Positions 18,468-27,964 of a stretch of 64,000 nucleotides of DNA are shown in pieces (within the stretch, counting starts at the first letter, position 1; every line of letters starts with the position of its first letter). This DNA comes from a virus. The notes beneath the pieces were generated by a model. The model did not search any database, had not been told where the DNA came from, and worked only from the letters and a program-made list of their open reading frames with translations. Location: the IMG/VR virus record IMGVR_UViG_3300046170_000464, positions 1-64,000 of that record; one strand, 5' to 3'. The position numbers and the translations under genes are program-made.

Positions 18468-19280
18468 GTGCTGATCGATTGCTTTCCTTATTTCAATGAA
18501 AAGGAGCTATTAGAACTTCGTATCAAAACTCTCTACGATCATGTAGATGGCTTCTTGATAACAGATGCTAATTATACGCACAGAGGGGAACCTAAAGAAT
18601 TTACTTGCGTTAATACTCTCAGAGAGCTCGGGATTCCCGAAGACAAAGTGCAAGTGCTCCACGTTGAGTTACCTACGTACGAAGAAGCACCAGACCCCTG
18701 GGTCAGAGAAAGAGGACAGAGAGACGCTTTAAGTGTTGGTTTATTTCAGCTGCCAGGAGATACTTTTTTTATATGCTCCGATTGTGACGAAATAGCAAAT
18801 CCGGAAAAGCTAGAAGAGGTAAAACAAGCTGTTCTAGATAACCCTGATAAGACAGTTCGTTTGAGTATGTCTATGCACTACGGACGAGCTGACCGACAGC
18901 TTCAATCACCACAAGAAGAAAAATTCGATTGGCGCTGTGGGGTAGTTAGTACGGTTGATGGTCTAAGGGAATTCGGAACTCTTTCTTCGTTACGAGCCAC
19001 TACGAACAATTATTACGTAGGTGAACGTGATGCAGGGTGGCATTTTAGCTGGATGGGTGATGCAGATAAACGACGAACTAAGTTACGCTCCATCGCTGAG
19101 TATTACATCTGGGATAAACCTGAAGTACAGGAGTTGTGTGACGAATTCAAACCTGAAGAAGGCAACACAGACATGCTTGGTCGTCAGGATCATTTGTTGA
19201 CTTCGTATCCAGTGGATAAACTTCCTGAAGGTGCCCTTAGAATAGAAAGAGTTAGAAAATACCTTTTACCTGATGGCTGA
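18468..19280 (+). CDS. Glycosyltransferase family 17-like (GlcNAc transferase)
   Basis: IDCFPYFNEKELLELR, WVRERGQRD, SDCDEI, GWHFSW. Confidence 0.88.
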   Translation: MLIDCFPYFNEKELLELRIKTLYDHVDGFLITDANYTHRGEPKEFTCVNTLRELGIPEDKVQVLHVELPTYEEAPDPWVRERGQRDALSVGLFQLPGDTFFICSDCDEIANPEKLEEVKQAVLDNPDKTVRLSMSMHYGRADRQLQSPQEEKFDWRCGVVSTVDGLREFGTLSSLRATTNNYYVGERDAGWHFSWMGDADKRRTKLRSIAEYYIWDKPEVQELCDEFKPEEGNTDMLGRQDHLLTSYPVDKLPEGALRIERVRKYLLPDG

Positions 19281-19416
19281 CAAAATGCCTGCGGAGGTTT
19301 TGGCTAAGTTCCAAAAGGATCGCGACGAAAAAAAGGCTCCTAGTGGTGACGAGGTTAAGATGGAAAAACAGAAACGGGCTAAAGAAAAAGCTCGTTCCTT
19401 CAAAGAAAAGAAGTAA
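19273..19416 (+). CDS. Small Lys-rich protein (47 aa)
   Basis: MADKMPAEVLAKFQK...KARSFKEKK fills the gap before the portal gene. Confidence 0.6.
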   Translation: MADKMPAEVLAKFQKDRDEKKAPSGDEVKMEKQKRAKEKARSFKEKK

Positions 19417-19424
19417 TTTTTTAA

Positions 19425-21644
19425 ATGGCAGCCTCACTTGACACGCGGAATAAGTTCGAGGAGATCTTAGAGGCTGCTCGGACTCAAGGTCGACAGAACC
19501 AAGCTGCAACCATGGTGGTGCTGAGCCACTTGCAGCAGATGACCCTCTTGATGATTAAAAAGGGGATCTCTTTTTACTGCGACCAAGACACTCTAAAAAG
19601 CAGAACAAGATTTCTGCACGATGTGATCGAGTTAAATCGGCTTGATATTCGTTTTCCAGCGATTATCCGAAACTTCCTAATTGATGGTTGTGGCCTGTTT
19701 TACTTCCGCCCAGATCAAAAACTTAAATATCAAATCTATTTCTTTAACAAAAATCAATATCGGGTCTTTCACGATCTGAATGGTCAAATTGAAGAAGTCG
19801 TAATTATTTACGATTACAAAGTAAAGAACGCCACCCTTGGTCTACCGAGCGATGTCTACGGACAAAACAAACGGTATGTTCGACTTTCGATTACAGCTGA
19901 GACAATCAGCGAAGTTGAGTCTGACTCAGAACTAAGTTTCGAAGTAGAACCAGGCCCAGGTATCAACGGCACTAAAGTTCGCGCAAATTCTCTTGGTTTT
20001 GTGCCCGCTGTTGAATGCTTAAACAAACCTAACGCCAGCGGCACAGAAGGAGAAGGTGATTTTGATCCGTTTATGGAGCAAATTGTGCTTCATAACGAGA
20101 TGATCACCAACATCTCAAAGAATATTGAATTTTTTGGTAACCCTACTCTGATCTCCAGCCGACCACGGTCTGACCTGGTCGAAGCTGCTGATGCCGGAAG
20201 TGCTTTCCGTCCCACAATCAGTTCTCAAAGTGGGTTTGCTGGGAGAGATTCTCCTTCAACACGCGTTAGTGAACCATTCGGTTCAGCGATGGGAGGTGGC
20301 CTTCGTGTGCCTCGCATCATCGCTAACGTCGAACCTTCAGATCGTGTCGGCTACATGACGCCTGACCCGATTAGCGGTGACATGAACCGTTATGTTCTGT
20401 TGCTGAGAGAAGAAATCCGTACCGCTCTTGGCGGTGTGGACGAAATTTCAATCTCGGCAGGCGCAACTGCGACAGAAATTAAAGGTTTGATGGGTCGTGC
20501 CCAAGCCACGGCTCTTCGAAAAAACAAAAGTTTCCTTACTTACGGTTTTTGTCGTCTCTTAGAGATGATGATTTACCACCAGGAAATGATCTTCCGTGAG
20601 TCGTTTATTGCGGCCTCAGGATTAAAGGAACCTAAAGAACCAACTGAATTAACCGAAGACTCAACTGAAAAATATCAGAAAGCTTTACGTCGTTTTGACA
20701 TGAAGCTCGACGAAGAAATTAAAAAAGCCTTAGAGAAAAACAAAGTTCCTCGCGGCGTTATTGGTTTACCAGAAGATGGAGACCGTAGCGTTTCATATCG
20801 CTTTATGGGCGATGTGTACGAAGATACGGCCTTTGACTTACAGCAAAAGTCAATCGTTGTAAGGAACATGCAAGAGGTTGGTGTTAATAGTGTTGAAGCT
20901 ATTAAGTACCTATTCCCGGATAAGACTGAAGCCGAACGTGCCGAAATGTTGAAAGGATTCCCTTTCAGAATGGTTGGACAAACACAGTCGGCAATGCAGC
21001 AATTCCTGGTATTATTAAATCAGATGTATCAGTCTCCGCATCCTCTTGCGCCTGATCAACCCCTTGCGGCTGATCCTAGACTGAATATCACACCGCTCCT
21101 TTACAGGACGTTTGATCACCTTGCGGAAGAATTAACTTACTCGGGTAGCTATGAGCCAGCAGATCCAAGCTTCGACCCCGAGCCCGGTGTCCCCGGCGGC
21201 AGCCCCGGCGGTATACAACGACCAGGGCTCAACAACCGCCTTCCCGCAGTGGGTGGCACAAACGTCTACCCCGGCGGTAGCTTCGGTGCCTACAGCCCAA
21301 GCGCCACAGCAGGTGGCACCGGTTTCGGACCCTTCTATCAACGCCCCGTCCAGCCCGTCAACGTCGCAATCCTCCCCGAGCAACCCTTGGGAAGCAGCGA
21401 TGGGGTCCCTGGAACGAGTGTTGGGCCAGATTCCATCCCCCAACCAGGCAGCACCATCACAGACCCTGGAAACACTGCAGGGTACAACACAGCTGAGTCA
21501 GCCTTCACAGGTCCAGCCTTGGGCCTACCAGCAGCAGGCTCCGCAGACATTGCCTACCAGCGCCTCACCGACCCAAACTTCCTCGCAGGCTTCTACGGAA
21601 ACCAGCAACGGGGAACTCAGCGCCGCAAGCGTCGAGGTAATTAA
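19425..21644 (+). CDS. Portal protein
   Basis: 739 aa, between TerL and scaffold/MCP. Portal-like features (LGFVPAVECLN, ATATEIK). Long Pro/Gly-rich C-terminal tail. Confidence 0.8.
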   Translation: MAASLDTRNKFEEILEAARTQGRQNQAATMVVLSHLQQMTLLMIKKGISFYCDQDTLKSRTRFLHDVIELNRLDIRFPAIIRNFLIDGCGLFYFRPDQKLKYQIYFFNKNQYRVFHDLNGQIEEVVIIYDYKVKNATLGLPSDVYGQNKRYVRLSITAETISEVESDSELSFEVEPGPGINGTKVRANSLGFVPAVECLNKPNASGTEGEGDFDPFMEQIVLHNEMITNISKNIEFFGNPTLISSRPRSDLVEAADAGSAFRPTISSQSGFAGRDSPSTRVSEPFGSAMGGGLRVPRIIANVEPSDRVGYMTPDPISGDMNRYVLLLREEIRTALGGVDEISISAGATATEIKGLMGRAQATALRKNKSFLTYGFCRLLEMMIYHQEMIFRESFIAASGLKEPKEPTELTEDSTEKYQKALRRFDMKLDEEIKKALEKNKVPRGVIGLPEDGDRSVSYRFMGDVYEDTAFDLQQKSIVVRNMQEVGVNSVEAIKYLFPDKTEAERAEMLKGFPFRMVGQTQSAMQQFLVLLNQMYQSPHPLAPDQPLAADPRLNITPLLYRTFDHLAEELTYSGSYEPADPSFDPEPGVPGGSPGGIQRPGLNNRLPAVGGTNVYPGGSFGAYSPSATAGGTGFGPFYQRPVQPVNVAILPEQPLGSSDGVPGTSVGPDSIPQPGSTITDPGNTAGYNTAESAFTGPALGLPAAGSADIAYQRLTDPNFLAGFYGNQQRGTQRRKRRGN

Positions 21645-22062
21645 ACAGTTTGGTGTTGAAGCTCCTGGAATTCTGAATTCTTATGCTTGCGCTTTGGAGG
21701 ACATGCTCCTTCAGCAGGCACAAAAGACCGATCAAATCACCGAAAGAGCCGGTGGTATGGAGCAAATCCTTACCAACCCTGATTTCTTGGCTGATTACAC
21801 TGATCGTTTCTTTACTGAAGTGGTTCCTGTTGACATCGATAGCGATGTTCAAACTCAGGCTCCTCAGCAGTATCAGCAGAACTACGACATGCCTGCTCCT
21901 CCGGCTGCAACTGCCGGTCAACAGCAAGCTGCTCAACCACAGCAGCAGTGGGATGCCTTCGGCGACGCTATGAATCGTTCACCTGAGAACGCATGGCGTC
22001 ATCTCGCACATATGAGCCCTGAAGCTCTGCGTTCTAAGCTCCTCTTTATGGAAGCTTCTTGA
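21151..22062 (+). CDS. Putative capsid scaffolding protein
   Basis: Pro/Gln/Ser-rich disordered protein with a helical core. Overlaps the portal 3' end by 494 nt. Confidence 0.6.
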   Translation: MSQQIQASTPSPVSPAAAPAVYNDQGSTTAFPQWVAQTSTPAVASVPTAQAPQQVAPVSDPSINAPSSPSTSQSSPSNPWEAAMGSLERVLGQIPSPNQAAPSQTLETLQGTTQLSQPSQVQPWAYQQQAPQTLPTSASPTQTSSQASTETSNGELSAASVEVIKQFGVEAPGILNSYACALEDMLLQQAQKTDQITERAGGMEQILTNPDFLADYTDRFFTEVVPVDIDSDVQTQAPQQYQQNYDMPAPPAATAGQQQAAQPQQQWDAFGDAMNRSPENAWRHLAHMSPEALRSKLLFMEAS

Positions 22063-22122
22063 CTTAAACCTTAAACCCTGTAACTTTATTAAGTGGAAGG
22101 GTTTAGGGGGCTCTGCCCAGGG

Positions 22123-22151
22123 AAAGACTCCTCGAAAGGGGGGTCTTTTTT
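22123..22151 (+). terminator. Rho-independent terminator
   Basis: AAAGACTCCTC-GAAA-GGGGGGTCTTT followed by a T-tract. A second hairpin at 22069-22108 precedes it. Confidence 0.85.
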
Positions 22152-22180
22152 CTGCTATCTTGATAAAAAAGAAGCTAATT

Positions 22181-22315
22181 ATGAAGTCTTTACAAGCTAG
22201 TGGTCGAGATAAAAGCAAAGGGAAGGAGAAAAAACCTCGTGTAGGAGCATCCCCAGGCCCAGCCAAACAAACTGCGGCTGAACAAGAGGTATTTGACGAA
22301 AATGTTCAACTCTGA
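22181..22315 (+). CDS. Small basic protein (44 aa)
   Basis: MKSLQASGRDKSKGKEKKPRV... Confidence 0.45.
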   Translation: MKSLQASGRDKSKGKEKKPRVGASPGPAKQTAAEQEVFDENVQL

Positions 22316-22345
22316 TTCTCTTTAGTCACTATTTTTGTCAGATTT

Positions 22346-22606
22346 ATGTTGCGTAGTCTTTTTTCGCTAGTTCTTGCCGCTGTCTTGTGGGTTCAAGTGC
22401 CTCAATGGGAAGCCGACTGGTCAAGATGCGCTGTTGATGTACCCGATGTCAGCTGTCATTGGTACGTAGTCGCACCAGATAACACTTTTGGCAAAGGTTT
22501 TGACTGGGCAACAGCACCGTGGTTTGATGTCAACGGCCTGCAAGACGTAAGCAAGTTAAAAAACACGATGCAAGTAATCCATCAAGAATCTTTGTCGGTT
22601 AGCTGA
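22346..22606 (+). CDS. Small secreted protein typical of marine picocyanobacteria/cyanophages
   Basis: LWVQVPQW..DWS.CAVDVPD..CHWY.VAPDNTFG.GFDW. Confidence 0.7.
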   Translation: MLRSLFSLVLAAVLWVQVPQWEADWSRCAVDVPDVSCHWYVVAPDNTFGKGFDWATAPWFDVNGLQDVSKLKNTMQVIHQESLSVS

Positions 22607-22917
22607 AGATCTTTACTTGTTTTTTCTTTAATTTTGTGGAGCACCGTAACTTCAAGGGTATTTAGTATTTTTATACCGGCGTAACCACCTACAAAAGCCA
22701 CTGCAACGGCTTCTGTTTTACTTAATTTCATTCGCTCAGCTATCGCAGGGCTGACAAAAGTCGCAAGTAACCAGCCGACAGATAATGCTCTTAAAAAATG
22801 TGTTATGAACTCGCGTTTACTTCGTGGGTTGACTAAAGCTTCAGTCACGGTGCCTGCAATAGAGCTACCTGCTAGACCAGCATCAACTGCCATCATAGAT
22901 GCAACTTTCTCTAGCAT
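22582..22917 (-). CDS. Putative holin-like membrane protein
   Basis: Two to three hydrophobic segments and a basic C-terminus. Confidence 0.5.
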   Translation of the reverse strand: MLEKVASMMAVDAGLAGSSIAGTVTEALVNPRSKREFITHFLRALSVGWLLATFVSPAIAERMKLSKTEAVAVAFVGGYAGIKILNTLEVTVLHKIKEKTSKDLQLTDKDS

Positions 22918-22983
22918 CTGACTATTAAGTATTAGTGCTATATGAATCTTAATCAGACTTAGAGTATAAAAAAAGCTCGGTAA

Positions 22984-23811
22984 ATGACTTTTGCTGCTCT
23001 TACAAACTGGAAATACGACAAATCGTTATATCACAACATCCAGTCAGGACCTCAGCGAACTGGATCTAACTTAAATCTCACAGATACTTACTTACTTACG
23101 TCAAGTGGGTACGTTTACGCAAGTGGGCAACAACAAACCTTTGTCGCTTTGCACGATCAAGGAGCAAACTTTGGAATAGTCACTCCTGGGCCACCAAATA
23201 GTTCTGGTTACTTCACTACTGACTGGAGAGCTGTGCCCACGGCTGTGTCAGGCTACTGGACCGATTATCAAAACACTTATCCTCATTCATCGGGACTTTT
23301 AACTGTTTACAACGGATTTAGACGTCAAGGTTTAATTAATACTGCTAACAGCACTGTACAAACTGCTTTTGGGCCTGAACCTGGTCTAAAAGACATTGGA
23401 CCTTACATTTCCTACGGAAGAAACCTTCCAGATAATCAATTTTATGGTCCGTTTGAGACACCTGAAGGAAATACAGCAGCGCAAGGTAGTACAGGTGGAC
23501 CTGTCGCTTACCCTCTCTCGCAATTCCCTCTTTTAACTAACCCGACACAAGGCGTAACCGGATCTAGGGCTGATTGGGTTTATAACACTCCTGTGTACTG
23601 CAAGGTGTGGACAGAATCGACGACGTCAAGAGTTCCTCCAGGCGAAACAGCTGACAATACGAATCCAATCGTAAGAGGTAGTTATAGAGGTAGATCTTCT
23701 CGGTATGTTCCAAATTACGGTGGAATCTATGGAGTACTAGGAGAAGGTGTTAGAGGCATGATCCGCACCTTTAGTTCTACAGTTAATAGTTCTAACCAAA
23801 AAGGTATTTAA
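22984..23811 (+). CDS. Putative virion structural protein (SG-rich)
   Basis: Thr/Gly/Tyr-rich ORF just upstream of the MCP gene. Confidence 0.6.
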   Translation: MTFAALTNWKYDKSLYHNIQSGPQRTGSNLNLTDTYLLTSSGYVYASGQQQTFVALHDQGANFGIVTPGPPNSSGYFTTDWRAVPTAVSGYWTDYQNTYPHSSGLLTVYNGFRRQGLINTANSTVQTAFGPEPGLKDIGPYISYGRNLPDNQFYGPFETPEGNTAAQGSTGGPVAYPLSQFPLLTNPTQGVTGSRADWVYNTPVYCKVWTESTTSRVPPGETADNTNPIVRGSYRGRSSRYVPNYGGIYGVLGEGVRGMIRTFSSTVNSSNQKGI

Positions 23812-23893
23812 CGCTAAAAACGAGACGTCAGCTATGTAGACATAGTTGATAAAAGGCTAAGATTATTTTGTAGTTTCTTGTGGACACTTATCG

Positions 23894-25009
23894 ATGTTTA
23901 TCGATAATGATTTCCCCAAGATTCTTGGTGCGGAACTGTATCGTCCCCATCCTGCTTATATCGTTGAAATGGCTGCCGAACCGGTGGTCGTTCATGATTT
24001 TTCTAAGCAGCCTGGTCAGACTGTTCAGCTCGATCGTTATCGTTTCTTCGGTAACCCAGGCTCCAAGGAATCTCGGGAACGTACTGCAGAGCAGACCATT
24101 GGTACTGCTAACAGCCGTAACATCGTCAAGGACAAAGTCCTGGTGACTCTTAAGGAGTACACCGGACCTGCGGACCCTAACGATCCAACTCAGCCTTCTA
24201 CTTTCAAGATTGCTCGGGAAACCCTTATCACTGCGCAGCGACTGCTGCTTGATACAGGCAACCTGACCACCTTCCATCAGTCAATCGGCAGTCTGACCCT
24301 GCTCGATGACTATCGTCGGTGGCGCGATCGGGTGTTCATTAATGAACTCCTTAAAGCTGTTTCTAAGGGACAAAGTTCTGATTCCCAGGGTGGTTATTAC
24401 TTCCCAGGTGATCTAGCAACTGGTGCCCTTACCTACACCAACGCCGAACAAGCTAAGTTCGACGTCAAGGACGACCTCCTCCGTGTGGTCAAGTCCCTCC
24501 GTAAGCGCAACACGCCGACCTACCAGGACGGTTTCTATCGCTGCGTTTGCGATCCTACATTCCTGATGCACCTGCGTCAGAACTCTGACTTCCGTGAGGT
24601 CGCTCGTTACCCAGGTAACGGACAGATCAACCCGCTGATGTCGGCTATGCAGCCGAACGCCAGCATCTACATGGGTCAGGGCTTCGGCCAAGCTACGTTT
24701 GTGGCTGGCGAACCGATCATGCCAACTGGCTTCGTCTTTGAAGGCGTGCGATTCTTCGAATCCACCAACATGCCTTCCCAGACCCAGAGTGCAACGATCG
24801 CAGGTGCGACTGCAGATACCAAGGCTGCCATCGGCATGTTCTTCGGTCCTCAGTCTGTTGGTGTGGGCATCGGCGGTAACAACGCTCAGGTGCTTCTCAA
24901 CAACAATGACGACTTCAGCCGTTTCATCATGATGATTTGGAGCCTCTATGCAGGTTTCGAACTTCTGAACGCTGATTTCGCCACAATTGCTTACTCCTTT
25001 GACGCCTGA
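23894..25009 (+). CDS. Major capsid protein (HK97 fold, N4-gp56-like)
   Basis: 371 aa. PGQTVQLDRY, VTLKEY, FEGVRFFESTN. Strong codon bias. Confidence 0.88.
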   Translation: MFIDNDFPKILGAELYRPHPAYIVEMAAEPVVVHDFSKQPGQTVQLDRYRFFGNPGSKESRERTAEQTIGTANSRNIVKDKVLVTLKEYTGPADPNDPTQPSTFKIARETLITAQRLLLDTGNLTTFHQSIGSLTLLDDYRRWRDRVFINELLKAVSKGQSSDSQGGYYFPGDLATGALTYTNAEQAKFDVKDDLLRVVKSLRKRNTPTYQDGFYRCVCDPTFLMHLRQNSDFREVARYPGNGQINPLMSAMQPNASIYMGQGFGQATFVAGEPIMPTGFVFEGVRFFESTNMPSQTQSATIAGATADTKAAIGMFFGPQSVGVGIGGNNAQVLLNNNDDFSRFIMMIWSLYAGFELLNADFATIAYSFDA

Positions 25010-25024
25010 GGAGGAAATTAAACA

Positions 25025-25891
25025 GTGATTAACGCTAATCAGTTACACGTTGCCAAGATTTATCCTGGTAACTACACGAATGTTCTTCGTTACTGGCACG
25101 AAGTAAAATCCATTGCATCTCAGAATGCAAATGGTGTTGACACGACCATGACGGGTCAGCCCGTTGGTGGTCCTGTCGGTGTTGTGTTCCAGCCTGGCTG
25201 GATTGCACAGCAGGCAGTTGGTTATGTCGACATGAGCTACCAAGCTCTTGGCACTAACAACCAGCTTGCCTACTATGCGCAACCTTATGGCTCAGGTCAG
25301 AACGCTTCTCAGCAGCCTTTCCTGAACGCCAACGTTATCGTTCCTTCACCCGACTTCCACAAAGATGTCCGGGCTGACATTACCGATGGCATTAAAGTCC
25401 CTGCAACAGCCTACGTTTATCGCGCTTCTCTGCGCCTTAGCGGTGGCGACATCGTTAGCAGCGGCGTTGCTGGATCTGATTCTACTCCTGAACTAACCCT
25501 CGTTCCCGCTGTGGGCGAAGGTCTTAAGGATGACGGCACTGTCGTCTCCGGTCAGTTCGGTGCAACCATTACTGGTGCTAACAGCGCTATCGCTAACGGT
25601 AGTGTTGCTTCCACGAACATCTTCGACTCCAGCAGCTGGGCTGCTTTGGGTTCTGAGACTACTTGGAAATTGTTCACCACTAGTGATCAGAGTGCTTCTG
25701 GTCTTTACCAAGGCTCAGGTGTCTATGACCCCCGTGCCGGTGTCAACAAGTTGGCTGGTGATGACAAGGCTCTCGCTATCTGCGAAGTCTGCTGGATTAT
25801 TCCTGATGAGCCACCCGAGCGCCAGGACGTTGCTCTGCAACCCGATGGCCTCACCGAATCTCAGGTGTACACCTCCACTTCTCCTTCCTGA
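25025..25891 (+). CDS. Putative capsid decoration/minor capsid protein
   Basis: GAGGAGG RBS, directly after the MCP gene and before a terminator. Confidence 0.6.
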   Translation: MINANQLHVAKIYPGNYTNVLRYWHEVKSIASQNANGVDTTMTGQPVGGPVGVVFQPGWIAQQAVGYVDMSYQALGTNNQLAYYAQPYGSGQNASQQPFLNANVIVPSPDFHKDVRADITDGIKVPATAYVYRASLRLSGGDIVSSGVAGSDSTPELTLVPAVGEGLKDDGTVVSGQFGATITGANSAIANGSVASTNIFDSSSWAALGSETTWKLFTTSDQSASGLYQGSGVYDPRAGVNKLAGDDKALAICEVCWIIPDEPPERQDVALQPDGLTESQVYTSTSPS

Positions 25892-25912
25892 TATACTCAG
25901 CAAGCGAGGACC

Positions 25913-25945
25913 AAAGACCTTTCCTTCGGGAAGGGTCTTTTTTTT
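25913..25945 (+). terminator. Rho-independent terminator
   Basis: AAAGACCTTTCC-TTCG-GGAAGGGTCTTT followed by a T-tract. Confidence 0.92.
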
Positions 25946-26016
25946 GTCTTTAACCACATATATTTATTTCTAAATTATTTACGTAACTAAAATATGAGTA
26001 ACAAACGAATAGCACT

Positions 26017-26307
26017 ATGTCTGATCTCACAGATCAAATGATTAAGTGCAGGCAGTGTGAGAAATGCGGTGCTAAGTGGATAAACGATCAGCTTTACTGG
26101 GCAACAGGCAAAAAAGGAAAGAACGATGATTTGGCAGGTTTAGTTTGCAACACGGTCAATTCACCGGAGTGCATTAACCCTGAAAAGGGTTCGGAAACTG
26201 GAGATACCTGGGAGAAAAGACTAGGCAAGCTAAAGCAGCTCTCCACGGTAATGGAGAAGGAATACGATATTAAGTGGGATTCAGGAAGCTCGGGTTCAGA
26301 CTTTTAG
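26017..26307 (+). CDS. Cyanophage conserved Cys-rich protein
   Basis: CEKCGAKWIN.QLYWATGK...DLAGLVCN...CINP. Confidence 0.7.
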   Translation: MSDLTDQMIKCRQCEKCGAKWINDQLYWATGKKGKNDDLAGLVCNTVNSPECINPEKGSETGDTWEKRLGKLKQLSTVMEKEYDIKWDSGSSGSDF

Positions 26308-26778
26308 AAACCAGAAGAACTCATAGGAATCATTAAGCCACCAGCTCTAGGGATTCTTGCTTGAACTCTTCCCTGAGCTTCCATAGCGTCGGTAAATATC
26401 TGCTTAGTTTCAGGGTGGTTTCCACCGTAAGCCGCTAAACGAAGATAGTTTTCGACATTAAACAACGGAGCAGAATCTAAAGCATCTTGAACTTCTCTAG
26501 GTCCTCGGGGCCAATCGTTTTGTTTAGCCGTTTCGTTATATAGCTCGACTGCAAACGGAATTAAATCAGCTCCACCTGTAACAAGTGATGCTGCAATACC
26601 ACCACCTCCCACAATCGCTGCGTTTCTTGAACCTTTGCACTGGATCAGGTTCAGGTGAGTTAAGTTCAAAACCAATAGCCTGTGCGTCTGCTGCACCAGC
26701 AAGTTTTTTAAGTGGAGTGTCGTAGTTAGACGCTATTTTCTTAACAAACTCGCCTGCTAATCTTTTAAGTGGTGACAT
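26304..26778 (-). CDS. Hypothetical protein (split by +1 frameshift near 26628)
   Basis: ORFs 26566-26778 and 26304-26702 join as PVQRF/RNAAIVGG. Confidence 0.5.
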
Positions 26779-26835
26779 AGTTTTTGCCCGATGGCACTAT
26801 TTTAATCGATACTGGTTTAAGCTACTGCTCGTATA

Positions 26836-27294
26836 GTGACTGCCATGTCTACCAAATTTTTTGCTCCAAGCGGGATCAAGGTTACCGTTTTATCAATTCA
26901 TGATGACGGCGAATACTACATGGTCCGTTCGGATACAAGCGGAAAAGTATTTTTTGCTCATAAGGACCAGATCGAAGAGTCAATCGATACAAAGTCTGAA
27001 ACAACCGACACTGGCTCCAGAAATCGCCGTGGACGACGCAGCATTTCTAAAACTAAGGACCCAATCGTCGTAAAACCTCAGGTGCCTACGGATAACCGTG
27101 TCAACCTAAATACGTTGACTGCAGAAGGGCTGACACAGGTTCTTCCGGGAGTAGGTATCAAAACAGCTAAAGAAATTATTGAATTAAAGCAAGGTTTGCC
27201 CGGTGAGCGATTTACAAAGCTTGAACAACTTAAAACAGTAAAAAGAATCGACTGGGACGAAGTTTTTTCGACCGGAGAAGTTTACGTAGAATAA
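26836..27294 (+). CDS. Helix-hairpin-helix (ComEA-like) DNA-binding protein
   Basis: VNLNTLTAEGLTQVLPGVGIKTAKEII...FTKLEQL. Confidence 0.85.
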   Translation: MTAMSTKFFAPSGIKVTVLSIHDDGEYYMVRSDTSGKVFFAHKDQIEESIDTKSETTDTGSRNRRGRRSISKTKDPIVVKPQVPTDNRVNLNTLTAEGLTQVLPGVGIKTAKEIIELKQGLPGERFTKLEQLKTVKRIDWDEVFSTGEVYVE

Positions 27295-27314
27295 AAGCAT
27301 ATGTCAGGTAAATC

Positions 27315-27935
27315 GTGGCTCAGTTAACTCAAAACGAATTAGAGCAGATTCAGAGTTATCTAGCTCAACAAGGAGTAACCTTTAACGCCAACACAACTGA
27401 CGCCACTAAGCGTGAGATTGTTTATGCGGCAATAAACCAAATTACCCGCAACCCTGCTCAGGTATTTGGCTATAAATTAGACGATTATAATTTCAGTCGT
27501 ACTGCGTACCATCTTGCATACAACATAGCTACTGTTCCAGCAGGAGATTATGCAAGGCTTATTGAAGCGTGCAACAGTATTCCTAGTGAATTTTATAACG
27601 ATAAAATTGTTCAGCAAATTGAGCGTTGTGAAGAAGCTGAACGATTTACTGAACTAGCGGACGGTAGAGCGACTAGTAGACAAGAAACTATTCTTGGAGA
27701 CGTCAGTCGTTCAATCAATATTCAAGACAAACGCGAGACCGCAAGAATTTGGCGTGAGAACTATATGTATGAGTGTGATCGACTCGCTCAAATGCTTTAC
27801 GTTCCTAACTACAGAGACCCCGTAGCTTCTCGCTACCGTTTTGAAAGATCAGGTGGTGAGTTTATCCAAGCAATTCCTGGACCTCCTGACGTATCACGAT
27901 CTGACCGGTTATATTTCCAAGCAAATTGGCGCTAA
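27315..27935 (+). CDS. Putative head-tail adaptor/neck protein
   Basis: 206-aa helical ORF after the capsid genes. Inferred from position. Confidence 0.45.
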   Translation: MAQLTQNELEQIQSYLAQQGVTFNANTTDATKREIVYAAINQITRNPAQVFGYKLDDYNFSRTAYHLAYNIATVPAGDYARLIEACNSIPSEFYNDKIVQQIERCEEAERFTELADGRATSRQETILGDVSRSINIQDKRETARIWRENYMYECDRLAQMLYVPNYRDPVASRYRFERSGGEFIQAIPGPPDVSRSDRLYFQANWR

Positions 27936-27964
27936 TGTGTAAGTATCAAATATAAAGTTCTGAC

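Noticed and set aside
23880-25973. Alternative-frame and antisense ORFs over the capsid genes
   Set aside because: Expected by-products of strong codon bias in highly expressed genes, with no independent signals.
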